In this document: positions 1-10,774 of the stretch, piece after piece
Numbering within the stretch: position 1 is the first letter of the stretch
Layout: each line of letters begins with the position of its first letter
NCBI RefSeq assembly: GCF_964355755.1
Contig: NC_092673.1
Location: forward strand, 30,687,648 to 30,751,647
DNA length: 64,000 nucleotides
Reading direction: 5' to 3'
DNA from: Antedon mediterranea
Taxonomy: Eukaryota > Animalia > Echinodermata
Program-made: the position numbers and the translations under genes
The notes under the pieces: generated by a model
Seen by the model: only the letters and a program-made list of their open reading frames with translations
Databases searched by the model: none
What the model was told of the DNA's origin: nothing

Positions 1-495
1 TAAAATCACATGTTTATAACAAAAATACCACACAAAAAACAGTAAAGAATAGCATGTCTCATGACCTACTTATTTCATGTGTTCTCTCATTCATTCATTT
101 ATTAATATAATTTTGATATTACAAAATTAATCTTGTGTTTTACTGTTTAAATTAATTAATAATTTAATAATATAGTTAGGGCCTAGGCCTAGCTAGCTAA
201 TTAAGCCTTAATTTAACTAAGCTAGGCCTACAATACAACAATAACAAACAGCGCAGACTAGGCCTACATATTCATGGAGAAATAATATTTCTCAACATTA
301 TTCTCCCTTGACATAATATTAATAATATGCAATCAATGCTTTTTTGCTGTGACCAACGGGTCGAATTGACCTGGCACTGCACTGATAGACCCAGACATCC
401 GTATTCTGCCTATTGTCTCTGCTTTAATTGGTAATTATGGTAGGCCTTCGTCGGGTTGGCCCTTTAATGTAGATTTCACCTATTATTGAGCTTAC

Positions 496-556
496 CTTGC
501 TGGTACTGAACAAAAGTAAGTGAGACTGGTTTCCAAATAACACTATCTTCAGCCAT
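496..556 (-). CDS. DOLPP1: First coding exon of a dolichyl-pyrophosphate phosphatase 1-like gene; remaining exons lie left of the window
   Basis: ATG at 556 gives MAEDSVIWKPVSLTFVQYQQ(G), followed by a phase-1 donor G|GTAAG at 495. It resembles the DOLPP1 N-terminus (WRPVTLTHVEYPAG) as recalled. Only 20 codons are visible. Confidence 0.6.
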
Positions 557-881
557 GATTTATCAAAATAGTTCTCACTGTGACATAACAAAATACATAA
601 AAATGTCAGGGAGGGGTAGCCTAGCCGCCGATCCGCGACGTGGATGATGGATGGCCTTTTTTCCATCCAACAAAAATTGACTAAAGACGAAAAATTTTTT
701 GTTTTGACTACAGAAATGTCAGTCTGCGCCGTTTGTGTTTCATTTTTTACATTGAGCCACAATTCATTCTTGTGTGCACGGGGAAAACACGGTGAAATAA
801 TACGTGTCGAAGTGAAACAGATTGTCAGATATTTTACTGAAAAAAGTCACAGATTTCGTTATTGAAATAAAATCTTTAGAA

Positions 882-3800
882 ATGGGGCGAACAATTTATG
901 CCACAGATCAAATAAAAAACATAATAGAATCTAATCGTGAAGATCCTCGTTCACTTAACGTAGGTTTAATTGTAGGCCAAATGGTACGTATAAATAAGCA
1001 TGCGAATTCTATCCAACTTGGTCGTTCCTCCTCTAAACGGAGTCATTTCGGCCGCCAGTTATGAACGACCGGTCATACTAATCTACGCCCGGTAGGTCTG
1101 TGTGTTATAAACTGATTAAGTACGTACATGTATTAACATGCTCTACTAGGCCAAGTGGTAAATTTTATTTAATATATAGTTTTCTTTCCAGAAACCAGTT
1201 AAAGTCAGTTAAAATATTGGGCGCTAGTTCCGTTTCGCACCTGTCATTTATTTCAACTCAAAATTTGTTTAGTAACTTTATCGTAAGTACCACACCTTAG
1301 AATTAGGCCTCAAAAATACTTTTACGAAGAAGATCACACAAAAAGTATTGAACATGGCGTATGCGAAATTCACGAACAGATGTGCGAGAAACACGTCATC
1401 AATTTAAAGGATTTATTTGTTACTTTTTGTGTGATCTCCTTCGTAAAAGTATTTTTGAGGCCTAATTCTAAGGTGTGGTACTCACGATAAAGTTACTAAA
1501 CAAATTTTGAGTCGAAATAAATGACAGGTGCGAAACGGAACTAGCGCCAAATATTGTTATATACTTTGATTTTCATTCGTCACATATTCTAGACTCACAA
1601 TAATGTGTTAAAAAAATCCACATCATTTTCAGTTTCAGAATAAATCTAATCAGTATTTTGACAGTTTTTCACATAAAAAATGTATCAAATGTGCAATATC
1701 ATTTATTTTAACATTAAATATTATGTTAGCATGTACATAAAACCATATACCAGGCGATATTTGGTCCTGTTGTAAGTCCTAGTTGACTATTGTTCTTTAC
1801 CGCACACACAATTTACGCAATAATATTTGTTATCTTGTACTGCTCACTAATTTTATAGGTAGAAAAAAACCATTAATTGCACCTTCTTTTTTATAATATA
1901 GAATGATTTTGGGAAGGATTTTGCCATGATGTTAGTTCCCACACCAAGTCCAGATGGAGGTGATAGTAACACGGAAGTTATTGATGACCAGTGGCTTGCT
2001 CAACATTCTATACAGGTCATACATGAGAACCCCTTTTAACACTACAGGCAAATTTAGGAGTAGCGCTTCTCCTATGCCTGGCCCCAACTCCCCCCGTTAT
2101 GGCTTTGGCTTCCCTATTTCCCCCTTCCCCTACAGTAGCTTCACCTCTGCCTGGCTTCCCCTATGCCCGGCTTCTCCTTCCCCTATGCCTGGCTCCTCCT
2201 TCCACTATGCCTGGCTCCTCCTTCCCCTATGCCTAGCTCCTCCTTCCCCTATGCCTGCCCCCACCCCCTCCTTCCTCGCCTGGCTCCCCTCTCTCTTTGA
2301 CAGCTAAAATGAATTATGAACTACTTTTTGATGTCTATTTTTTAACAGACTATTATTAATATTGTGGGGTGGGATGTCCCCTGTACAGGGATTGGCTGTG
2401 TATTAAGACATATACTCTAATTCCCCTTGAGAATAGGGTCCCCTGAATAGGGATGTTCCAAGAGAAGTATTTTAGTAATGTTCATTAGCATCCATTCACA
2501 TTAATAAAAAAAAGAATATAATTTTTTATGCAATATTCTAAATAATAATTGTTTATTTTATTAGGTGTCACGAATGATGCTAGGTGGAATGAAGGTGATT
2601 GGTGTGTTTGTCATATGTACAACCTCTGAGCTTCTTAAGAAGATACAACCAAAGCTACGTCAGGCTGTGTTTGCTATACACAAACACATGAAGCGAAAGC
2701 AGATAATAGAGTTAGAAGACAGAGTCACTGATAGGATTTTGCTACAGGTCTCGAGTGTAGGCCAAACCAAATCGTATCCTTTATCCAACAAGCAGTTTGT
2801 TACCATATTTGGGTATATCACTACCATATTTGGGCACATCAAACTAGTTTGATAGTGTAGACAGAGCTTTTAATACTGTATCATCAAACATCCAGTATAT
2901 TATACTGTATGATGGTATAGAGCCCTGCATAAAAAATATTTAAACTCCTGGATGTGAAACTGAATCTTATTTTTTTTATTTGGCCTATGCAAGAAGAATC
3001 TACCTATATCATGATGATGGTTTAATACTAACTCTTCCAAATTTTAAAACCAAAGAACTTTTCCAATCTGATTTTGGGCCATCTGAAAATAATGTCAGCA
3101 AATTCACAGTTTTACTACTACTATTAATATACCAGTGGCCATATTCACCAATCACACTTAAGTCCCTTAACTCAATAAATATTTAAGTATTCCCTTAAAT
3201 TGTATTCACTTAGATAGGAGATTTTAATTTAAGTGTAAGTATTTCCCTTAGCCTAAACTTTGAACTTTGAACTTTGAACTTTATTGTATCTCTTTTAAAT
3301 CAGAGGCACAGTCTCAATGAGATGTGCAACAAGTTTACAGTGAAAAATAATACATACACACTTAAATATAAATACAAAACAAGAAATTAGACATAAGAAC
3401 AAAATAACAAAAAAAAAAAAAAAAAAATTTAAGAAAACTGAGACAGATTAAATACTAAGAAAATGAATAAATTAAGTTTGAGAAGGAATTGTATTATATA
3501 TATCATTTCGTGTGTTCCAAGCCATGGTCAGAAAAATTTTACAATGTTTGTCGAAAATAATACTTGCTAATTCGTATACATCATGGGTCAATTGATTTGG
3601 TGTAATTTTAAATTCATTATGGATTTCAAGATCATCGAAGACTTAACCAATGTTTCTAGCATTACTTGTAGAAGCATTGATGTAGCTGATCCAAATAGCA
3701 CATTGAAGCACGCTGACTGGAAGTATCAAAGCTCCATCAGTTGTAATATTGCAACTACTCAGCTTCAGGTGGACTTAACAATACCGCTCACTGTACAAAC

Positions 3801-6006
3801 GGGAAAGTCTGCCTTACGCAGAGACCTTAATGTAAGTAAGGTTGCAGATTCTGATGGGGAATTCAAGATTCAATATTTTTACATAAAATTATTATAATTG
3901 ATATATTTTTCATCCAGAACTTAGAAACACAATAAAACACAAAAACGAATTAGCATTTTTTTTCTGAAAACGTAATTTTCTTTGTTCATGTCATGTCATT
4001 AACAAAACTTAGTGGCAGTGGCGTAACGAATATTAGCACTCACTGGCTAAACCCAGACAAGAGCATGAGCAGGGCACTAATGCAACTACACAGGGTTGAA
4101 GGGCCCCTTAGGAGTTCTAAACCAGGGGCCTTTTCCCCTGCGTTACATCACTGCTTAGTGGAATTTAATATCTAATTGGGTAGCCATATTAACTTGACTA
4201 GTACCTATTTATAGTCCTGATTTAATGGATGAAATTCTCATTAAAGATCTCTAATAAAAATCATTGTCATTATATTAATCATGATTAGACTTACAGTATG
4301 TTTTTATTATTCACCTTTTTTAGAATGGTCTAGTCCCATTTTTAAATTCAGTCAAGCAGGCAATGGCAACAATAGATCAACAAATAAAATCGGGAGAAGA
4401 ATTATTTGAATCGCGTTCATCCAAGGTAATATTATTTTGATCTAATTTAACTTTCATGGTATGAGCAGTTAATAAATCAATCTCAATCAACTCACCAAAT
4501 TTATCCCAATTCTAATTTTGTAACATGAACCGAATTGTGATGAACAGCAAAGGCATTTTATTTATTGTATTTGCATTTCAGCCAAAGTCTGGAAAGAAGG
4601 CAGCTGTTACAATCCCTGCAGTGCACACTCATACACTAGAATTGTTCGCTAAAAAGGTATGTTTTACCATAGTAAAGTATACAGTTTATTTTTAAAAGCA
4701 GAAGTGAGAACATGCTAAAGCACCATTTCCTCTACTTTCTTTCATAGGTGTGTGACAATTATGAAGTTACAAAATCTAATTGTGTAGCCAGTTTACGTTT
4801 ATCGGGGTGTATAGAATGTCGTGCGTACCTCAACAGTAAAGCCACTGTAGATGACGCCATTCAGGTACAGGTTACTTAAAATCTAAATTAATATTATAAA
4901 CAAAGCAAACACAATTTGAAGCACACTTAAGCTCTATCTGCACTATCAAACTTTATGTGACAAAACAATGTGATGTGCCTATATATATAAGTTAAATTTT
5001 TGTAATATTTTTAATTTCACTATTGTAAGGATTACTCAGTGTTATTAATTAGAGAAAATTTGAACTTTGACCCTTGACATATAGGCGTTGAAGGAGGATG
5101 CAATTAGAAGTATGCAGGCACGATGTGATCTTTTAGTTGATGAACTTGCACAGGACCAAGATGATGCTGAGGGTAATTGTAATTTATCATCATGAATATT
5201 TTTAGGTTTTGTATCCAGTGTGAATGGGCTACTACCCAGTGGTCAAGGGAGGCATTTATTTAAAGCGGGGCATTTATTTGATATCCTTAGCTGAATGATA
5301 TTTCAATATTTTTGTTTATTTTTCAGGTTTTAATAGAATTACTATACTACCTACAAGGGTGTTTTCTTCTATGCCTGATGTATCAATTGATGTCTGTGAC
5401 TACATGTTCCCTGATGAATCGGCTATGGACTGTATAGAAAGATTTTCCGAGATTCTTGGGGTAGCAGTAACTGAAGACATGTTAGACATGGAGTCTGAAC
5501 CTCTACCAGGTTAGTACAGTGAGGCTTAGGCTCTTTGTTTAGCACTCCTATGTGGCCCTCAAATGCTGGGTATTGTAGTGGGCTGTTCATGCTGTGTGTT
5601 TAGCCAGTGAGTGCTCATAGCCGTTACGCCACTGGGTTAGTAATTTTGTTTTGAATCCTAATTTAATGGCACTATATAACAATTATAGTTGGGAATTATA
5701 TTAGGTCACGTTTTTTTGTGCAGATACTGACAGTCTAAAGCAAGAAGCTGACCCCAGTGCCAAAGAAGTGCCAACAGAAATGAGTGATAGTACACCTGAG
5801 GCTAGCCCATCTAAAAGAGGACAATATATAGGTAGTCAATTATTTCTTAATAATATGGTTGCACATTTACATTAGCTGGTATAAAACTTTTAAAAAAAAT
5901 ATTGACATTTTCTTATACAATTTATTTTATTGCAGCTGCTGCAGTCAGCATGTCAGGGGCTTTGATTGCAGCATTAATGTCATATCTAACACTATCCAAT
6001 GATTGA
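882..6006 (+). CDS. ODR4: ODR-4 homolog (ER membrane GPCR maturation factor), 11 coding exons
   Basis: Exons 882-983, 1902-2015, 2565-2773, 3660-3831, 4324-4425, 4582-4656, 4748-4864, 5085-5172, 5327-5509, 5724-5831, 5936-6006, all GT-AG and in frame. Motifs MGRTIY..GLIVGQ, DDQWLAQHSIQVSRMMLGG, ITCRSIDVADP..ADWKYQ, LPTRVF..CDYMFPDE, and a C-terminal hydrophobic anchor. Confidence 0.9.
1220..1548. mobile_element. Fold-back MITE with about 128-bp TIRs and 8-bp TSD (Merlin-like)
   Basis: GGCGCTAGTTCCG...CGGAACTAGCGCC near-perfect inverted arms. AAATATTG lies on both sides (1212-1219, 1549-1556). The superfamily is inferred from the GG terminus plus 8-bp TSD. Confidence 0.85.
2067..2292. repeat. 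Degenerate pyrimidine-rich minisatellite (CCCTATGCCTGGCTCCTCCTTC-like)
   Basis: Repeated ccctatgcctggc motifs in ODR4 intron 2; accounts for ORF 1954..2307. Confidence 0.75.
2774..3659 (+). other. U12-type (minor spliceosome) GT-AG intron in ODR4
   Basis: 5' splice site GTATCCTTT, branch-like GACTTAACC at 3640-3648 about 11 nt before the AG, and no polypyrimidine tract. Confidence 0.85.
3255..3490 (-). mobile_element. Probable 3' end of a CR1/L2-type LINE with (AAAGTTC)n tail
   Basis: The minus strand ends ...AGAGATACAATAAAGTTCAAAGTTCAAAGTTCAAAG after a T-rich 3' UTR-like tract. Confidence 0.4.
4016..4153 (+). mobile_element. hAT-like MITE
   Basis: TIRs CAGTGGCGTAACG / CGTTACATCACTG with perfect 8-bp TSD CTTAGTGG. 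Related copies at 5517-5634 (reverse) and about 8238-8420. Confidence 0.85.
5517..5634 (-). mobile_element. hAT-like MITE, same family as 4016-4153
   Basis: Ends CAGTG...CGTTACGCCACTG with 8-bp TSD GGTTAGTA (5509-5516, 5635-5642). Confidence 0.8.
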
Positions 6007-7202
6007 ATATGAAATGCAATGGATCTGTCAGAGAGTGTCACAGGACAGGATACCATAAATGTGGCTTCCAGTGGTTAATGATATACATAACACATGTAGA
6101 ATACGCCTCAGTGGTTACAAGATATTCACACAAGAGATGCAACATGTGTTGGAGGATGCCATCTCAACAGATTTGATCATTCTTGCAGAGATAACTAAAG
6201 AATTCTATATATTGCTGATGTGCCTATACTGTATGTACACGATGATGTGTCATATCACTACCATATTTAGGAACGTCAAACGAGTTTGATAGTCTAGACA
6301 AGGCTTTAGAGTTCCCCTATTTGCTATTATATGTACACCAAGATGTATATAGAAAAATGCAGAAAAGCATTTATCTTTGTATGCCTCTCTAACTCACTAC
6401 ACAGTATGATATTGCTTATTGCATTTATTTTTCCTTTGTAACTCCTGTACCGTTTGGCAATTTACTCGATATAAATTTGTACTGTGCATTTATTATCACA
6501 AAATAAATAACACTTATTTTTCTATAAAAATATCTTTATTATCAAGCGTTTTAGTGGAAGAGTTTTAAATACAATATGTATATGAAGGATTAAAGATTAA
6601 TATATTGAATATAATATCTATAAATAATAAAATGAAAACTAAATAAACACACAGACTTCTATTGTTATAAATGTATTAAGTACAGGATATGATCAATGCC
6701 ACAAATTGACTCAAGTAGACTGGAAGAAAATAATTATGTTTGTACCTTCAATTCCTGAAAATAGAAATATGTATCTTAACATTTGGATGCCCCTTGATTG
6801 TCATGGATCATGTCAACGTGCTGCGTTTTTCAAAGACATTTTACTGGCAAGCAAACGTGTATTTTATAACTACAATACTGCAAAGTAGCGTTGCGTTCGG
6901 GAGCGAAGCAATTGGTCAGGTTTGTGCAAGACATTTGACCAATTATGGATGGTCTTTTATGGATTCCATTTCCACTTTGAACCTACATAAAAATTCTGTT
7001 TTTGTCATACCAACTATATAGGAAACATGCCTGGTCTTAATTGTATAACTACTGCATGTTATTGGTTGGCAATACATCTGACTAATAATGCATGTCTTTT
7101 CATAATTGTGCTCAACTACTCTTTTTTCTTTACAGAATTATACTTAAGCAGGTTTCCTACTCATCTGTTCCATATAAAGTAATATTATTATTCTACATAC
7201 GT

Positions 7203-7416
7203 AAGGCCTACATATAGACCCTGAAACATATTATTTTAAAGATGGTGTTCTTCTGACGCACGTATTAACCACTGTGTTAAGATCAGTGAAACTCGCATGT
7301 TTTATACACAGTATTACTATCTTCTAAAGCCTACATATAGACCCCGAGACATATTATTTTAAAGAGGGTGTTCCTCTGATGCACGTATTAACCACTACTG
7401 TGTTAAGATATGTGAA
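7203..7416. repeat. Two-copy direct repeat (period about 123 bp) downstream of the MLLE gene stop
   Basis: GCCTACATATAGACCC..CATATTATTTTAAAG..GCACGTATTAACCACT..GTGTTAAGAT occurs at about 7203-7290 and 7326-7416. Confidence 0.75.
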
Positions 7417-7546
7417 TTCACTCTATTCATTGTCATTATGTCCTGTGCAAATGCATCAGACCACTATCCTTCGTTCCATCAGAAGAAATTTGACACATTT
7501 CAGGTTTAAAGTAGCTAAAAACATCCTCAAACACAGCATTACTCTG

Positions 7547-9314
7547 TCAACTTGAAGTGTTCAAGAGAGCCTTGTACGCCATGTCTACCTTCTCCTTAAG
7601 AAGCTGCGGACAGGTTAGCAAAACCTTTAAACTTTCGACATTCATTTCCAACAGCATTCCTGTAAAACATAAATAATGAAACTACACAAGCAAGAAATAA
7701 AAGAGAAAGAAATTTCACTCATGCATGCTTGTTCATCTTACTAGTTTTTCATTTGACCAAAAACTGGATCAGAAAAAAAAAAATATTTACCTGAAAAAAT
7801 GTAATTTAAACAAAAAAATACTGTCAGACAATGAGTTTTTGGTTAAAATTAATTGTTTAAATCCTATTAAAAGTCTGATTTTATTAATCTTAATTAATTT
7901 TCGTGTTTTTGGGGGACAATACATCTTTAAGAAAAAAAAGATCATAACAAACCTGTTATCTTGGCAGCTAAATCTGGATATATTTCAACTACTTTATCAA
8001 ACAACTCCTCCCCAATCTCATCCTTTCCTCTATCTGTCACCTGTGATCTGTTTTCATTATTGTCTAGACACGCCTTGGCTTTACTTATGGCAACGTCAAG
8101 GTCTTTATTGGACAACAGCAATTTTTCAATCACATCACAATCCAATTCTAGCAGCATACCTGAAAATGAGCAATTTATATAATAATAAAAGTTTACAGAC
8201 GGGTACCTGGTAGGCTAAAAAACAACTATGTTGATTCAGTGGCTTAACGACTGTGAGTGCTCACTGACTAAACCCAGGGGCCCCCAAAGCTTATGGGGGA
8301 CCTGTGCAGTGCCCAGGGGAAAAAAAAGGAAAAATAATATGTCAACAATGGCTAAAAACACCCAAGGCCTCCAGCGTTGGAGGGCCACTTAGGGTTCCTA
8401 AACCAGGAGCTTCAGTCAGGGATGTGCTGATTGCTAGTTATTATTAAAGCCATTAAAATTATTTATGTTTGTTTTGCTTTACCACGGACGAAATATAAGG
8501 AGGGTTATTTAATTATCAATGTTGTTCTAAACAATAGAAAAACTGTGTATCCGGAACTACCCTTTAAGTTTAATGTATATAGTGTATATATATAAATCCA
8601 AAGGCAAATTACTGAAAAAATGACAATGCTGTGGGTATCAGTGGCTGGATCTCAATGGAGATACAAAAATAAAAGCGAAAAGCTAAATCAAAACGAGAAG
8701 TAAAACAGCCAGAAAAGTTAGAAGAGCTTTTGGGCAACACTAGCCCTTCATCAGTGCAACAGTATATAACAGTTTACCAGTAATTTTTGCACAATTATCT
8801 TGTTCTTGGTCTTCTACCCGTTGATAGAGTTTCTCTGCGAGTTCCTCATTATCAAAACTTTTATAATCAGAACGTCTACAGATAAATAAAAAAGAATTGA
8901 TTTATTTTTTTACAACCAACAGTGAAACATCATTTAAAAAAAAAATAAAAACGTATCAATATTTTATAAAAAATAGAGTAGAATGCCTCATTTGGGACAC
9001 CTTTATTCTGTGGACACTTCTCCATTAACTCAGGAAACACCTAGGCCTAGTAGGGTAAAGGTGCTGGTGCATTTTTGGCATCTTTAATATAGATAGGGGT
9101 TCTACCTTTTCAAAGCACCCTGTGCTGCCTTTACTTGAACCTGGAGCAATTTCTTGTCCTGTAGAATTCTTAGTACCTCATTGTTACCCATCTCCAGCAA
9201 CATCCCCGTCACCTGCGCTGCCTCATCTGCTGTAATATTTAGGCTAACAACTAGCGAATACAGGTGGTCACCAAGGACGTCCTTACGCTCTGGAATTGCA
9301 CCACACTTCTGCAT
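7547..9314 (-). CDS. Stand-alone triple MLLE (PABC) domain protein, 208 aa
   Basis: Exons 9314-9106, 8875-8778, 8159-7953, 7659-7547 (627 nt, GT-AG, open frame). Three units: KDVLGDHLY..QVTGMLLE, NEELAEKLY..KITGMLLE, KDEIGEELF..KITGMLLE. An in-frame TGA lies 3 codons upstream of the ATG. Confidence 0.88.
7745..7930. mobile_element. Partial TTAA-ended (Kolobok-like) non-autonomous element
   Basis: Ends GGGGGACAATACATCT-TTAA. The internal sequence recurs at about 30390-30500 and 53085-53250. Confidence 0.5.
8716..8760 (-). ncRNA. Minimal type-I hammerhead ribozyme relic (Penelope-like element/retrozyme)
   Basis: Minus strand GTTGCA-CTGATGA-A-GGGC-TAGTGTT-GCCC-AAAA-GCTC. The core is intact except that GAAA reads AAAA. 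Confidence 0.6.
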
Positions 9315-9894
9315 TCTTATTCAACTTAGTATTTAGCTGTAGAGAGTGTAGTAGTTTGATTAGTAGAGTTGAGGCTGACAATTAATTATTTTCGTTTACA
9401 TTTTTATCTTCTTTATTCTTTAAATTCTCCTAACTAAACTAAAAGCAAAATAAAAAAAAAAATCTCTTTCTATTTTTAATATAAAATAACTTTTTATACT
9501 ACATGGTATAATTATTATTTTCAAATAAAATAAAATGTAAGCCGCATCTTTTTATATTCATCTAGGCCTGGCTAACTATGGGTTCAGACCCAAAACAGCC
9601 TGACCCCCGAAAGACTAAAAAGTCCCGCAATCTCGACTCTGTCTGGCCGGCTCTGGGTGGGTGTGGTGGGCTAGCCTACTACTCTAGTAGCTAGACTAGG
9701 CCTAGGCCTAGCCTAGCCTAGTGCTAGCCTCTACTTTTTTATACAAGAAATCAAAATCCCGAAATTAATAAATAACACGGATACACTTCAAAAAATCAAT
9801 AAACAACTTCTACAATTAAGTGACTAAATCGGTCACAGTAAAATCCTTTTATTTATGGTGTTTTGTATAAAAGGTCAAGAACGAATCTATGAAC

Positions 9895-10200
9895 ATGGAG
9901 GTGGCCATTTTGAAGACTCATCACTTCTCGAGTTCTCGTATAAATCTGAATGAGCAAAAGGTTTGACACATAAATACTTAGTATTCTGAAATATTTGAAA
10001 TAAGTACAGGGTTGCCTTTAATAATAAAACAAATCAAAAAAAATCTTTTTTACACAACTAGTATAATTTTCTAATATTGTAAAACACTTAATTTAACGCA
10101 AAATGTATATAAGAACTACTTTTGTTGTGGATTAATTCATGTTCATGTAGCGCCCTCAATAGACCGAATGTCTTTTTCTCGTGTAATTTGGCGAAAGTAG
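9895..10200. promoter_or_regulatory. Putative bidirectional promoter for the MLLE gene (-) and RPL28 (+); RPL28 non-coding exon 1 starts with a pyrimidine tract
   Basis: TCTTTTTCTC at 10171-10180 is followed by donor G|GTAACG at 10201. A YY1-like AAAATGGC lies on the minus strand at about 9904-9911. TSS positions are inferred. Confidence 0.6.
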
Positions 10201-10774
10201 GTAACGTGTGGTAGATTTCCAATTAAAACGTTAAAATTAAGGAAAAAATAAAGATATATAAACACATTAGTATATATAAAAAGGCTTCAGGATATCTGAG
10301 CATTCTTAAATTATAACTTAAATATCATAATATAGATTCTATTGCCATAAACACATAACTAAATGCCAGGCTAGCCGATCATAAAAAAGTTCATTATTCA
10401 CTGCCGACCAGTCGCCACACAAACCGTGACAGTTTAGTGTCTGCCTATCTGCTAGCCTGGCTACTTTTTTTTCGGATGTGTATAGCCTAGCAAATGTTAT
10501 GTCATTGTCACTGTGTTGATTGATACAAGGATAAGAGTTCAAAAGCATTAATGAGGCCTAGCTAGAACTACTAACTAAAAATGTAAATTTGTTACGGTTA
10601 TTATTAATTTTTTATAAAATATTAAAGAATAATACAGGGGTACAGGTACAGTAGAGACTCTACTAGACTATTTTAAGTTCTTCCTACAATATTATGATTG
10701 TTTGAATAAAGTTTACAAGAAACATCTGCAATTATTTTCATTTATTGTATTTTTTCTATTAGCAACCATTAAAC

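Noticed and set aside
424-865. ORFs 424..762 (-) and 644..865 (+)
   Set aside because: They overlap the DOLPP1/ODR4 promoter region; the plausible coding exon is in a different minus-strand frame.
7547-9314. MLLE gene as a PABPC or UBR5 pseudogene fragment
   Set aside because: It has three diverged domains, an open frame across four canonical exons, and no RRM or HECT remnants nearby.
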